Assembly: GCA_018242295.1 (NCBI GenBank)
Contig: JAFECE010000010.1
Coordinates: 3,724 to 67,723, forward strand
DNA from: Pseudomonadota bacterium
GTDB taxonomy: Bacteria; Pseudomonadota; Alphaproteobacteria; Rhizobiales; Hyphomicrobiaceae
Length of the DNA: 64,000 bases
Direction: 5' to 3'
Shown: piece by piece, positions 1 to 10,173 of the stretch
Layout: each line of letters opens with the position of its first letter
Numbering within the stretch: the first letter of the stretch is position 1
Position numbers and translations under genes: made by a program
Notes under the pieces: model-generated
Database searches by the model: none
The model's input: the letters and a program-made list of their open reading frames with translations, nothing else
What the model was told of the DNA's origin: nothing

Positions 1-548
<548 letters not shown>

Positions 549-562
549 TCGATCGTTTTGAT

Positions 563-742
563 TCAACTCGACTTCAGCGCGATGAATATCTCGCCGCCGC
601 GCATAGTGATTTCAATGCCCTGATCACCATCGGCCGCCTGCGCCAAAAGCGCGACGATGTTTTCCGGGCGGTCAGCGCAGGCCTGGCCTTTCAAGGGCTG
701 CGGAAAATGCGGCGCCGCCGTCAGTTCGTAGATTTCAAACAT
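563..742 (-). CDS. small hypothetical protein (59 aa, MFEIYELTAAPHFPQPLKGQ...)
   Basis: ORF 563..766. The internal ATG at 742 is preceded by GGGAGAG about 6 nt upstream, so I prefer it over the ATG at 766. No family recognised. Confidence 0.4.
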   Translation of the reverse strand: MFEIYELTAAPHFPQPLKGQACADRPENIVALLAQAADGDQGIEITMRGGEIFIALKSS

Positions 743-827
743 CTTACTCTCCCTCATGCTGAGCATGTGGAGACGTAATGATGGCGGGCGTTTTCCGCTG
801 TAACCGATGGGACAAGCGCAGCGCGAA

Positions 828-2639
828 CTAGACCGGCTGCGTCGCCTGCTTCAGCCAGTTGCGTGAGGATGGATCGAGGCCGGGCGCAAGCGCGTCGAAG
901 ACATGCTTATGGTAGGCGTTGATCCAATCGGTCTCGCTTGCATCCAGCATTTCGGAGACGATCAGCCGGCGATCGATGGGCGCGAGCGTCAGCGTCTCGA
1001 AGGCCATCATCTCGCGCTCGCCTCCCTCGACGGGTTCGGGCAGCGTCACGAGCACGACGTTCTCGATGCGAATGCCGTACTCGCCGACCTTGTAGTAGCC
1101 GGGCTCGTTCGAGATCAGCATTCCGGCGTGGAGCGGCGCCATGCCGGCGCGCGAGATCGATTGCGGTCCCTCGTGCACGGAAAGATAGCTGCCGATGCCG
1201 TGGCCGGTTCCGTGATCGAAATCGGCGCCGATCTGCCAAAGCGCGCGCCGCGCGAATGGATCGAGATCGATGCCGCGCGTGCCTTTCGGAAAGCGGGCCG
1301 TTGCGACGGCGATGTGGCCTTTCAGAACGGCCGTGAAATGCCGCTTCATATCTTCGCTCGGTTCGCCGATCGCGACCGTGCGGGTGATGTCGGTCGTGCC
1401 GTCCGGATACTGACCGCCGCTGTCGATGAGGAAGAGCTCGCCCGGACGCATGCGCCGGTTGGTTTCTTCCGTCACGCGATAATGGACGATGGCGCCGTTC
1501 GGTCCTGAGCCCGAGATCGTCGGAAAGCTGACGTCGCGGAGCATGTTCGTATCGCGCCGGAATTCTTCGAGCTTTTGGACGGCCGTGATCTCGTCCAGCG
1601 TTCCGTCGGCGGCCCAATCGTCGAGCCATGCGAGGAAGCGGACGACGGCGTGACCGTCACGCAGGTGGGCGGCGCGTGCGCCGATCACTTCGGCATCGGT
1701 CTTGATCGCCTTCGGGACGATGCATGGGTCTTGTCCGCGGGCGATGAGCTTTGGCCCGAGTTTCGCGCCGAACCAATAGGCGGCGGTTTCGGTATCGAGG
1801 CGGACGCGCTTGCCCTTCGCTTTCAGCTCTTTCAATCGGGCTGCGAGCATTTCGGGCGGAAGAAGCTTTGCGACCGGGGTAACGGCGGCGCGGGCCTCGG
1901 GATCGAAGCGATCGGGCGCGATGAAGAGTTCGGCTTTGCCGCTCGCCGGCACGATTGCGAATGCCAGCACGACCGGATTGTGGGCGACGTCGCTGCCGCG
2001 AATGTTGAACAGCCAGCAGATGGAATCCGGCAGTGTCAGGATGGCAGCGCCCTGGCCTTCCTCCTTCAGTCGCCCTTGCAACTCAGAGAGTTTGTCGGCG
2101 GGCGTTCTGCCGGCAAACGCAATCGGCTGGGCAATGACCGGATTTTGCGGAGGCGCGGGCCGGGCCTTTCCCCAAATGCTATCGATCGGATTGCTTGCGA
2201 GCGCTTTGAGCTTCAGTCCTTTCGGCGAGACGGCCTTTTGCAGCCGTTCGATCTCGCCGGTGGTGTGGTTCCAGGGATCGAAGCCGATGGTTTGGCCATT
2301 GCCGAGATGCCCGGTCAGCCATTCGGAGATCTTATTGCGAGGCAGCAATGAGACCTCGAAGATATCCTTATCGGTCTCAACTCCGGCCTGCACGGTGTAG
2401 CGGCCGTCGACGATCAGGACGGCAGCTCGTTTCGTGACGATGGCGATCCCGGCGGAGCCTGAAAATCCGGTCAGCCATTTCAGGCGCTCGGCGGAGGCGG
2501 GCACATATTCGCCCTGATGCCTGTCGGCGCGTGGGACGAGAACGGCATCGAGCTTTGCGCGTGCCATCAGTGCACGAAGCGCCTTCACGCGTTCGGCGAC
2601 GCGTTCCGGCTCGGACGAGGATTCGAATGTCTGCAGCAT
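828..2639 (-). CDS. aminopeptidase P family protein (M24B Xaa-Pro aminopeptidase, long 3-domain form)
   Basis: 603 aa. The C-terminal M24 pita-bread region carries HGTGHGIGSYLSVHEGPQ, NEPGYY and IRIEN metal-ligand motifs. The N-terminus is creatinase-like. Confidence 0.9.
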   Translation of the reverse strand: MLQTFESSSEPERVAERVKALRALMARAKLDAVLVPRADRHQGEYVPASAERLKWLTGFSGSAGIAIVTKRAAVLIVDGRYTVQAGVETDKDIFEVSLLPRNKISEWLTGHLGNGQTIGFDPWNHTTGEIERLQKAVSPKGLKLKALASNPIDSIWGKARPAPPQNPVIAQPIAFAGRTPADKLSELQGRLKEEGQGAAILTLPDSICWLFNIRGSDVAHNPVVLAFAIVPASGKAELFIAPDRFDPEARAAVTPVAKLLPPEMLAARLKELKAKGKRVRLDTETAAYWFGAKLGPKLIARGQDPCIVPKAIKTDAEVIGARAAHLRDGHAVVRFLAWLDDWAADGTLDEITAVQKLEEFRRDTNMLRDVSFPTISGSGPNGAIVHYRVTEETNRRMRPGELFLIDSGGQYPDGTTDITRTVAIGEPSEDMKRHFTAVLKGHIAVATARFPKGTRGIDLDPFARRALWQIGADFDHGTGHGIGSYLSVHEGPQSISRAGMAPLHAGMLISNEPGYYKVGEYGIRIENVVLVTLPEPVEGGEREMMAFETLTLAPIDRRLIVSEMLDASETDWINAYHKHVFDALAPGLDPSSRNWLKQATQPV

Positions 2640-2684
2640 GGGAGAGTTTCTAAGCGGCAGTGCTCAAGCGGGCAATGGCGGATT

Positions 2685-3560
2685 TCAACGTCGTTCGAGC
2701 GTCAACGTGGACCATCCCGTCAAGCGGTCGTGGCGGACGAGCGAGAAGCCGTGGGCTCGATAGGTGGCGAGAACCTCCGGCGCCTGTGGGATCAGAATCC
2801 CCGAGAGCACCAGCGTTCCGCCGGGCACGACCGAGCGGGAGATTGCAGGCGCGAGGCCGATCAGAGGCCCAGCCAGGATATTGGCAATGAACAGGTCGAA
2901 CGGGGCGCGGCTTCGAACTTTCGGGTGTCCGATGCCACTCGCGACGACAAGCGCGATGCGGCTCGCGGCACCGTTGAGCCTTACGTTTTCCGTTGCGACC
3001 TTCACCGATTGCGGGTCCATGTCGGCGGCGATGATCTCGGCATACGGCAGTGCCTTCGATGCCGCGATGGCCAGCACGCCCGAACCGCAGCCGAGGTCGA
3101 AGACCCAGTTGAAGGACTTCGCGCGCGTCAGCCGATCAATCGCCAGGAGGCAGCCGAGCGTCGTCGCGTGGTGGGCGGTACCGAAGGCTTCTCCGGCGTC
3201 GATCAGAATGGCATTCGGACCGCCGGCGATGCGGCCCTTGTCATGGCTACCGTGAATGGTGAAGCGGCCCGCATGGACGGGCGGTAATGCGGCTTGGGAA
3301 ATCGCGACCCAATTGAGGTCGGGCACGGTTTCGACGGTGAACGGGGGCAGCGGGCCTTGCACGAGAGGCCCGAGTTCGGCTGCCAGATCGCGATCGCCCG
3401 CGTCGGCATCGAAGTAGGCTTCGAGCCGCCAGCGATCTGGACCGTCTTCGAAAACGGTCAGTGCGTCCGGCGGCGGCTCGATCAGATCCTGCAGTGCGTT
3501 GCCGGTCTCATAAGCAAGTGATCGGTCGCCAAACTGCGCCGCGAATTTTTTGAATGCCAT
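2685..3560 (-). CDS. prmA: ribosomal protein L11 methyltransferase
   Basis: 291 aa with SAM-binding motif VFDLGCGSGVLAIAA and the downstream IIAADMD / LFIANILAGPL motifs typical of PrmA. Confidence 0.85.
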   Translation of the reverse strand: MAFKKFAAQFGDRSLAYETGNALQDLIEPPPDALTVFEDGPDRWRLEAYFDADAGDRDLAAELGPLVQGPLPPFTVETVPDLNWVAISQAALPPVHAGRFTIHGSHDKGRIAGGPNAILIDAGEAFGTAHHATTLGCLLAIDRLTRAKSFNWVFDLGCGSGVLAIAASKALPYAEIIAADMDPQSVKVATENVRLNGAASRIALVVASGIGHPKVRSRAPFDLFIANILAGPLIGLAPAISRSVVPGGTLVLSGILIPQAPEVLATYRAHGFSLVRHDRLTGWSTLTLERR

Positions 3561-3574
3561 TCGATTTTTCAGTT

Positions 3575-5032
3575 CTAGGCCGGTCTGCCTTCGAACTCAT
3601 AGCCTTCCGTGCTGACGGGGTCGGGTAGGTGATCCAGGAACAAGTCCCACTTGGCGTCGATATGCTTCGCCGCCTCGGCCGGTGGCAACGTGACGAAGGA
3701 GCCATCCGGCTTTTCGATAACGATGCCGTCGCGGATCAAACGATCGAGCGCGTCGTCGATTTCGAAATCGATTTTCACGCCGAAGGTGCGGGTCAAGTAG
3801 TTCTCGATGGCGAGGTCGATGGACGGCAGATCGGTACGCGTCGACTTTTCCTTGGCGAGAACACTGTAGAGCAGCATTTCCTCCTTCACGTCCTCTTCGG
3901 CGCCGCGGGCTGCGATTTTGAGGATGACGCCGCGGTTGTCGGCCATGGTGTGGAAGTAAAGGTTCTGCGCCATGATCACCAGGTAGCGCTGCTTCTGATT
4001 GAGGAAGCCCATGGCTTGCCGGGCGGCGATGCCGCCCAGCCCCGCCAGCGCACCAAGCGCCGCGATCGGATTGCTCATCAAAAGCGCGACCTTGCCGGCC
4101 GCGCCGGCAGCGCCCATTCCGATGCCGCCGCTGGCCGTCACGCCGAGACGAAGCTTGTCCATCGGCCGGAAGCGGACCCTTGTATTCGGAAAGATCATCT
4201 CGACGTCCGTGCGCGGAATGTTCTTGAAGAGCTTCAGGTAAATATTCTTCTCGTTCATGCTCTTCGGGAAATGTGCGCGGTTGCGGGCGACGTGTTTCTC
4301 CGCCGCCTCGCGCGAGAGTTTCATGTTGCGCATGGCTTCTTCAACGCACGTCTCGACCGACTTCAACTTGAACATCATGAAGAGCCGCTGGAAAATCGGA
4401 ACGTCAAATTCTTCCTTGCGCAAAAACTTGCGAATGCGCCGCCGTTCATACTTCCGGTTCGACGCGCCGCGATAGAAGATCGAGATGCGCTCGAACTCTT
4501 CCATGTCGACGAACAGATCGAGGCCGTAGTGGCTATCGCGCGTCATAATGAGCTCGACGTTGCTCGGATCGATACGTTCGTAGTTGGCCCGCTGCAGCAG
4601 GCTTTCGACGCCTTCGAAAACCCGGTGCTGTAACGATGCGCGCTCATCGTCCGAAAAGCTGCGCGTCATCAGCAGGTCGCTGTCGGGGGAAAAAGCTTCA
4701 TAGGACTGCTCGAGATCGAGAAGCAATGCGAAGTACTGCTGCTGGCGCCAGTAATCGAGATAGCGGAAGAAGCGGCGCGCGTCGGCGGCTTGTCCGGCCG
4801 GCCAAAGAAAGGGCTTCGTCAGGCGGTCAAGCAAAGCAAAACGCGTTACGGGAATGAAGCGCTCGCGTTTGCGCGTATCGTCGGGCTCAAGAATGTCTAT
4901 CGGCTGGCGCTCGGCGTCCTCGGGAACCTCGGCTGGTTTCGCTTCGAAGTCCGTGAGATCCGCCAGCCGCTGAAAAAGGCTTTGCCTTTGCTGTAATCGG
5001 CCTTCCGCAAAGTCTGCCGACGCCATGCACAA
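3575..5032 (-). CDS. conserved membrane protein, tentatively TMEM143/DUF3754-like
   Basis: 485-aa ORF with a Gly/Ala-rich hydrophobic hairpin (GVTASGGIGMGAAGAAGKVALLMSNPIAALGALAGLGGIAA). The N-terminal ERFIPVTRFALLDRLT segment reminds me of DUF3754. The family call comes from memory only. Confidence 0.55.
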   Translation of the reverse strand: MCMASADFAEGRLQQRQSLFQRLADLTDFEAKPAEVPEDAERQPIDILEPDDTRKRERFIPVTRFALLDRLTKPFLWPAGQAADARRFFRYLDYWRQQQYFALLLDLEQSYEAFSPDSDLLMTRSFSDDERASLQHRVFEGVESLLQRANYERIDPSNVELIMTRDSHYGLDLFVDMEEFERISIFYRGASNRKYERRRIRKFLRKEEFDVPIFQRLFMMFKLKSVETCVEEAMRNMKLSREAAEKHVARNRAHFPKSMNEKNIYLKLFKNIPRTDVEMIFPNTRVRFRPMDKLRLGVTASGGIGMGAAGAAGKVALLMSNPIAALGALAGLGGIAARQAMGFLNQKQRYLVIMAQNLYFHTMADNRGVILKIAARGAEEDVKEEMLLYSVLAKEKSTRTDLPSIDLAIENYLTRTFGVKIDFEIDDALDRLIRDGIVIEKPDGSFVTLPPAEAAKHIDAKWDLFLDHLPDPVSTEGYEFEGRPA

Positions 5033-5326
5033 CTCCCCGAACTTTATGTTTCGATCCCAGCTTCTTACGCAATGAAGTTCATAGCGGGTCGCTGGAGGTC
5101 ACGCGAGCCTCGCAACCCTTCGTCGCGGAATGATGACGAGCATTTCGCCGAGACCGGTGCGGATTAGCCAGCCCTACCAGAGGTTGATGATACATCGCAA
5201 AGTTCCATGGCGCGCACAATTTTTCGGTTCATAACTTTCGCTTTTGGCTTAGTAGACACGATCTTGGGCTAGGATCGTGCACAACTGGAGTTAGAGGGGA
5301 ATTTTCGCTTTCGGGGGCGGACGATC

Positions 5327-6613
5327 ATGGGGGCTTTGCGTTTTTTGGCCTCGGGCTTTGCGGTGTGCATGGCCCTTGGGTGTGGTGACGTCGCGGCAGA
5401 CGAGCTCGTTCTACCTTACAGTTGCGCGATGGACAGAGGCGCTCCGCGCCTCTCGCCGTCGGAAGAGACGACCTATCGCATCATCGGCCCTCGGGAGGAT
5501 CTCGCTTTTCCGTCATGCTCCGGCTCGGCTGCGTGGACGTGCGAGACGATGATGGTCTACAAATTTTCGATCGAATGCGGGGGGCAGCGCGTCGCCTGGG
5601 CCAAGGTTGCCGCATCAGCGCGAGCTTCGGGCGTTCGGCTACCCGATCAACTTCCACCCGGGTACGCGCCCGTGAGCAAGCTCAGGGGGCGTTTCGTTTT
5701 CCCGGGGTTCGGGCATACCACGACGCTGGCGCATGTCGCATCACAAGAACTTTCCGCTGATGCGGTCATCGAGCCGGCTGCGCTGCGTTCCGAACGCGCG
5801 CCCGAGCCCGAGACGACGCATTGGATTACGGTCGTCGATCCGGCGGCGGCGTCGGCGTCCGGCGCTGCTTCGGGGAATGCCTTCAAAGTTGCCGGCTTTG
5901 TCTCAATGCTTCTCATCTCTTTGATGGCGGCATGCCTGTTCTGGGTGCGCCGCCGGCAACTGGGATCATCCGCGTTCCAGCAACTCGCCGGATGGACAGG
6001 ATCGCTCGCCGCGCGCGTTAGAGATTTAGGGGCGGCATCGTTTGCCCGTGGAAGTTCGGCTTTCGGCAAAAGCTATGAAAGTTGGAAGGCAGCATCGGCC
6101 CACGACGGCGACGATGCGGAAGATGCCAATCCGTTGGCTCACGTGCACACACGGCTGCACGAAACGGAGACTCTCATTGCCGGCCTTCCGGGCGATCTCC
6201 TGTTACGGGATGTGCTCGCGTCGGAACTCGATAGTTTGTACGACCGCGCGGCGGAGCTTGGACGTCGCGTTGGGCAGATCGCGCCAGAGAAGATGCGGGC
6301 GTCGGTTCGTGCAATCACCCGCGATCTCGAGCGTATCGCTCGCATAGCGCAAGGGGCGGTGCCGGCGTCTCACGATGAGAGCGCGATGGCAGAGCGCGAC
6401 GCGCCTTCGACGGTATACGAGGCTTACCGTATCCTCGGGCTCAATCCCGATGCTCCAGACGCTGCCGTCAAGAAGATCGTCGATGCCTTGCGGATGTCCT
6501 GGCATCCGGATCACGCGCGCGATGAAGCTGACCGCCGGTACCGCGAACAGCGCATCAAGCAGGTCAATGCCGCGTGGGATTTGTTGAAGGTCAGGCAAGC
6601 GGTGGCAGCTTGA
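5327..6613 (+). CDS. membrane-anchored J-domain (DnaJ-like) protein with N-terminal exported Cys-containing domain
   Basis: Has a signal-like N-terminus (MGALRFLASGFAVCMALGCG), a single TM (VAGFVSMLLISLMAACLFWV) and a C-terminal J domain (YEAYRILGLNPDAPDAAVKKIVDALRMSWHPDH) with the HPD motif. Confidence 0.75.
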   Translation: MGALRFLASGFAVCMALGCGDVAADELVLPYSCAMDRGAPRLSPSEETTYRIIGPREDLAFPSCSGSAAWTCETMMVYKFSIECGGQRVAWAKVAASARASGVRLPDQLPPGYAPVSKLRGRFVFPGFGHTTTLAHVASQELSADAVIEPAALRSERAPEPETTHWITVVDPAAASASGAASGNAFKVAGFVSMLLISLMAACLFWVRRRQLGSSAFQQLAGWTGSLAARVRDLGAASFARGSSAFGKSYESWKAASAHDGDDAEDANPLAHVHTRLHETETLIAGLPGDLLLRDVLASELDSLYDRAAELGRRVGQIAPEKMRASVRAITRDLERIARIAQGAVPASHDESAMAERDAPSTVYEAYRILGLNPDAPDAAVKKIVDALRMSWHPDHARDEADRRYREQRIKQVNAAWDLLKVRQAVAA

Positions 6614-6634
6614 ACGAAATCGCCAAAAATAAAC

Positions 6635-6660
6635 GGCACCGCTCAGATCCAAGCGGTGCC
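6635..6660. terminator. GC-rich hairpin between convergent genes, rho-independent terminator for the minus-strand small ORF and probably also the J-domain gene
   Basis: GGCACCGC (6635-6642) pairs with GCGGTGCC (6653-6660). On the minus strand it is followed by GTTTATTTTT, and on the plus strand by GATTATTC. Confidence 0.7.
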
Positions 6661-6695
6661 GATTATTCGAGTCCAAACTCTGTTCTTCTTTCAAC

Positions 6696-6893
6696 TCATG
6701 ATGAGTAGCGATGGGCGACCGGAAGGTTTCGAATTTCCTCCTCGGTCAGCGGCGTCATGTCAGTCAGCAGGTAGTTCCTGCGATTTGCCCGGCTCAAATC
6801 ACGCTGAACACCAATCCGCCGCGCGGGAACGTCCCCGTCCTTTCCGCGCACGACGCCTATCTTACCCCTTAACGGGAAGCGGTAAGTGCTCAT
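6696..6893 (-). CDS. small hypothetical protein (65 aa, basic)
   Basis: The ATG at 6893 is preceded by AAGGAG with a 7-nt spacer (reverse complement of catggatagctcctttc). The terminator hairpin lies about 35 nt downstream. No family recognised. Confidence 0.6.
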   Translation of the reverse strand: MSTYRFPLRGKIGVVRGKDGDVPARRIGVQRDLSRANRRNYLLTDMTPLTEEEIRNLPVAHRYSS

Positions 6894-7157
6894 GGATAGC
6901 TCCTTTCAAGGACTCTACCCTCCCAAACAACGGTCCCCCGTTTCGGTTTCACGTCCCTGGAAATTTATTTTAGATCAGGGACTTAAAACGCAAACGCGTC
7001 CGATCAACGCCGGCAACCCGGCGTCGTAAAGTTTTGATTTAGCTGATGAACCCCCACGCTCAACGAGCTGGGGATAACATGTCCTGCAATTACGGCAATA
7101 AGAAGAAACTAGCGGCGGGAATTAGACATCGCCTGAGCATTTGCTTTCGCAAATCCG

Positions 7158-9602
7158 TCATACAACATCGACGAAACTCGCGACAACGCGCTTCGTCGAA
7201 CCGTCATCGAATTCGATGGTCAACTTGTTCCCGTCGATAGCCGTCACGGTTCCCTCGCCGAATTTTTCGTGGCGCACGCGCGTACCTTTTTTGAACGACG
7301 GCGCGTCGGCGGTTGATGCGGCTACAAGTTCGCCTTCGAGCGTCAGCGGTCCCCTGGATCTCTTTTTCGGATCCTTTTTGCTGCTGCTCCAGGATTGCTG
7401 GGCGCGCTGCCATCCGGGCGTATTGTACGTCGACCGGAATGGTTCCGATCCGCCCGCGCGATCGAAGCGGCTTTGCCCGAAGCCTCCACCATAGCCGAAC
7501 GGGTCAGGCCTGCCGCCGAACGGCATCTCGCTCTCGACGACTTCGACAGTGGCGACCGGCAGCTCATCGACAAAGCGTGACGGAAGCGCCGATTGATAGA
7601 GGCCATGCGTCCGGCGATTCTGAGCGAACGAAATCTTGGCGATCCGTTTTGCACGCGTGATGCCGACATAGGCGAGCCGGCGCTCTTCCTCGAGGCCTGC
7701 CTTGCCGCTTTCATCCATTGAGCGCTGATGCGGAAAGAGGCCTTCTTCCCAGCCCGGAAGGAAGACGATGCCGAACTCCAATCCCTTGGCGCCGTGGAGC
7801 GTCATCAGGGAGACGCGGTCGCCGTCGCTGCCCTGCTCGGCGTCCATGACGAGGGAGACGTGCTCGAGAAAGCCCTGCAACGAGTCGAAATCGTGCATGA
7901 AGCGCACGAGTTCTTTCAGGTTTTCAAGTCGCGACTGCGACTGCGGACTTTTGTCGGCTTGCCACATCGCCGTGTAGCCAGATTCATCAAGGATCAGCTC
8001 AGCGAGATCGGTATGGCGCATGTGTTCGAGGCTTGCGCGCCAACGTTCGAACGACTGCGTGAGGTCAAACAACGATTTGCGCGCACGGGGCGTCAGCTCG
8101 TCGGTTTCGACGATCTCGCGGGCGGCCTGATAGAGCGGGATGGCGCGGGCGCGCGCCAGCTCGTGGATGCGCTTGACTGTAGTATCGCCAAGGCTGCGCT
8201 TCGGCACGTTGACGATGCGTTCGAACTTGAGATCGTTGGCGGGGTTCGCCACGACGTCGAGGTAGGCGATCGCGTCCTTGATTTCCTGACGTTCGTAAAA
8301 GCGCGGACCACCGATGACACGATAGGGAAGGCCGAGCGTAATGAACCGATCTTCGATCGCGCGCATCTGGGACGATGCCCGAACCAGCACGGCCATATCG
8401 TTCAGCCGTTCGCTCTTGCGCTGGAACTGCTCAATCGCTTCGCCGATGGCGCGGGCTTCGGCTTCGTCGTCCCAGAAATTTGCGACGCTCACCTTCGCGC
8501 CCGCGGCACCGTCGGTGAAGAGCGTCTTGCCGAGCCGGCCGTCATTCTTGGCGATGAGGCCGGAGGCGGCGGCGAGGATGTTTCCGGTCGAGCGATAGTT
8601 GCGTTCGAGCCGGATGACTTTCGCCCCGGGGAAATCCTTTTCGAAACGCAGGATGTTATCGACCTCGGCGCCGCGCCAGCCGTAGATCGACTGATCGTCG
8701 TCGCCGACGCAGCAGATGTTCGGCGATCCCTTCGCGAGGAAGCGCAGCCAGAGATATTGGGCGACGTTGGTGTCCTGATACTCGTCGACGAGAATGTAGC
8801 GGAACCGGCGATGGTAGTCGGCGAGCACGTCAGGGTGCTCGCGGAAGAGCCGGAGGCATTCGAGAAGCAAATCGCCAAAGTCGCAGGCATTGAGATCCTT
8901 CAGCCGGGCCTGATAGGCCGCATACAACTTCGCGCCTTGGCCTGCCGCGAAATTGTACGCTTCGCCTTCAGGAATCTTGTCGGGCGTCAGGCCGCGATTT
9001 TTCCAGCTGTCGATCAGGTTGGCGAGCTGACGCGCCGGCCAGCGATCCTTGTCGATGCCATTGGCTTCGATGACCTGTTTCAGGAGCCGAACCTGGTCGT
9101 CGTCGTCGAGGATCGTGAAGCCAGGCTTCAGGCCGACGAGCTCGACATGGCGGCGGAGGATTTTAACGCCGATCGAATGGAACGTGCCGAGCCACTGCAT
9201 GCCTTCGAGTGTGCCGCCGATGAGCGTGCCGATGCGCTCGCGCATTTCGCGCGCGGCTTTGTTCGTGAACGTCACGGCGAGAATTTGCGACGGGTAGGCG
9301 CGGCTAGTCGCAAGAATGTGGGCGATGCGCGTCGTCAGCACGCGCGTTTTGCCGGTGCCGGCGCCAGCAAGTACCAAGACCGGACCTTCCGTCGTTTCGA
9401 CGGCGTCGCGTTGCTCGGGATTGAGGCCTTCGAGATAGACTGGCTGGCCGCGCGACGCCGCTATTGCGCGCGCAGAAATGGACGGGCTGTTCCTGTCATC
9501 TTGGCGCGCTGCTCGGGGCGCCTCAGGCAGATCGAACGGCGGGTCGTCATCGTGCGGCAAATCTCCGCTGCCGGCGGCGCCCGGTTTCTGAATTGAGGTC
9601 AT
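7158..9602 (-). CDS. uvrD: ATP-dependent DNA helicase UvrD/PcrA (DNA helicase II)
   Basis: SF1 helicase motifs are present: AGAGTGKT Walker A, LVDEYQDTN, VGDDDQSIYGWRGA and TLHGAKGLEF. The C-terminus is Tudor-like (GTRVRHEKFGEGTVTAIDGNKLTIEFDDG). Start is uncertain; I prefer the ATG at 9602 (MTSIQKPG...), but the ORF stays open to 9692. Confidence 0.9.
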   Translation of the reverse strand: MTSIQKPGAAGSGDLPHDDDPPFDLPEAPRAARQDDRNSPSISARAIAASRGQPVYLEGLNPEQRDAVETTEGPVLVLAGAGTGKTRVLTTRIAHILATSRAYPSQILAVTFTNKAAREMRERIGTLIGGTLEGMQWLGTFHSIGVKILRRHVELVGLKPGFTILDDDDQVRLLKQVIEANGIDKDRWPARQLANLIDSWKNRGLTPDKIPEGEAYNFAAGQGAKLYAAYQARLKDLNACDFGDLLLECLRLFREHPDVLADYHRRFRYILVDEYQDTNVAQYLWLRFLAKGSPNICCVGDDDQSIYGWRGAEVDNILRFEKDFPGAKVIRLERNYRSTGNILAAASGLIAKNDGRLGKTLFTDGAAGAKVSVANFWDDEAEARAIGEAIEQFQRKSERLNDMAVLVRASSQMRAIEDRFITLGLPYRVIGGPRFYERQEIKDAIAYLDVVANPANDLKFERIVNVPKRSLGDTTVKRIHELARARAIPLYQAAREIVETDELTPRARKSLFDLTQSFERWRASLEHMRHTDLAELILDESGYTAMWQADKSPQSQSRLENLKELVRFMHDFDSLQGFLEHVSLVMDAEQGSDGDRVSLMTLHGAKGLEFGIVFLPGWEEGLFPHQRSMDESGKAGLEEERRLAYVGITRAKRIAKISFAQNRRTHGLYQSALPSRFVDELPVATVEVVESEMPFGGRPDPFGYGGGFGQSRFDRAGGSEPFRSTYNTPGWQRAQQSWSSSKKDPKKRSRGPLTLEGELVAASTADAPSFKKGTRVRHEKFGEGTVTAIDGNKLTIEFDDGSTKRVVASFVDVV

Positions 9603-10173
9603 GGCACTCAGGTAAACCACCGAGGCTGAACGTACAACCGGCGCGGCGCCCCGCCGCGGACGGGCTGCCAGTGTTTTGTCAAAACGATCCACAGCTATTC
9701 AAGCATCTGAAAAGACGAACAATCCGGATAAAGGACATGTTCCATTTTTCAGTCTTTGCGAGGAACGCGGAAGCCCTTCGGCTGCCGCTCAAGGAAGATT
9801 GCTTCGTCAGGATTGTACGGTGCCGAGTTCATTCAAAACCGTAGGTCGGATTATGACCATTTCGAATCGAACCTTGGGATTGCGCTATTGTCATTCGCGC
9901 GTATTGAAGGAGGATCGCACGCGGTCAATTTCCGATCGCGTCAACGTGGAGAATTCCACGACCTTCTATGACATTTACAAATCCGCTAAGCTTATGATCT
10001 AAGGTTCTCAATTCAATCTGTGGGCGTACCTGTGCATGCCCGTTGGAATTGAGCCAAATTTCAAGTTCAGAGTGAACTGCCGCCGTGCCATACCGGTGTA
10101 CAAGGCAGGGACGTTATTTCAATGATGTCCGCCAGTGTGCTTTGCGTTTCCGGCGCGGCTCAAAGAGACGTTC

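Noticed and set aside
7728-9596. 622-aa ORF on the plus strand
   Set aside because: It is entirely antisense to the well-supported uvrD gene. Its composition is Arg/Ala/Gly-rich and typical of shadow ORFs in GC-rich DNA, and it has no SD or recognisable motifs.
9861-9873. TTCGAATCGAACC, superficially like a tRNA T-arm
   Set aside because: The flanking sequence cannot form T-stem, acceptor or anticodon arms on either strand. No tRNA-like cloverleaf was found anywhere in the window.
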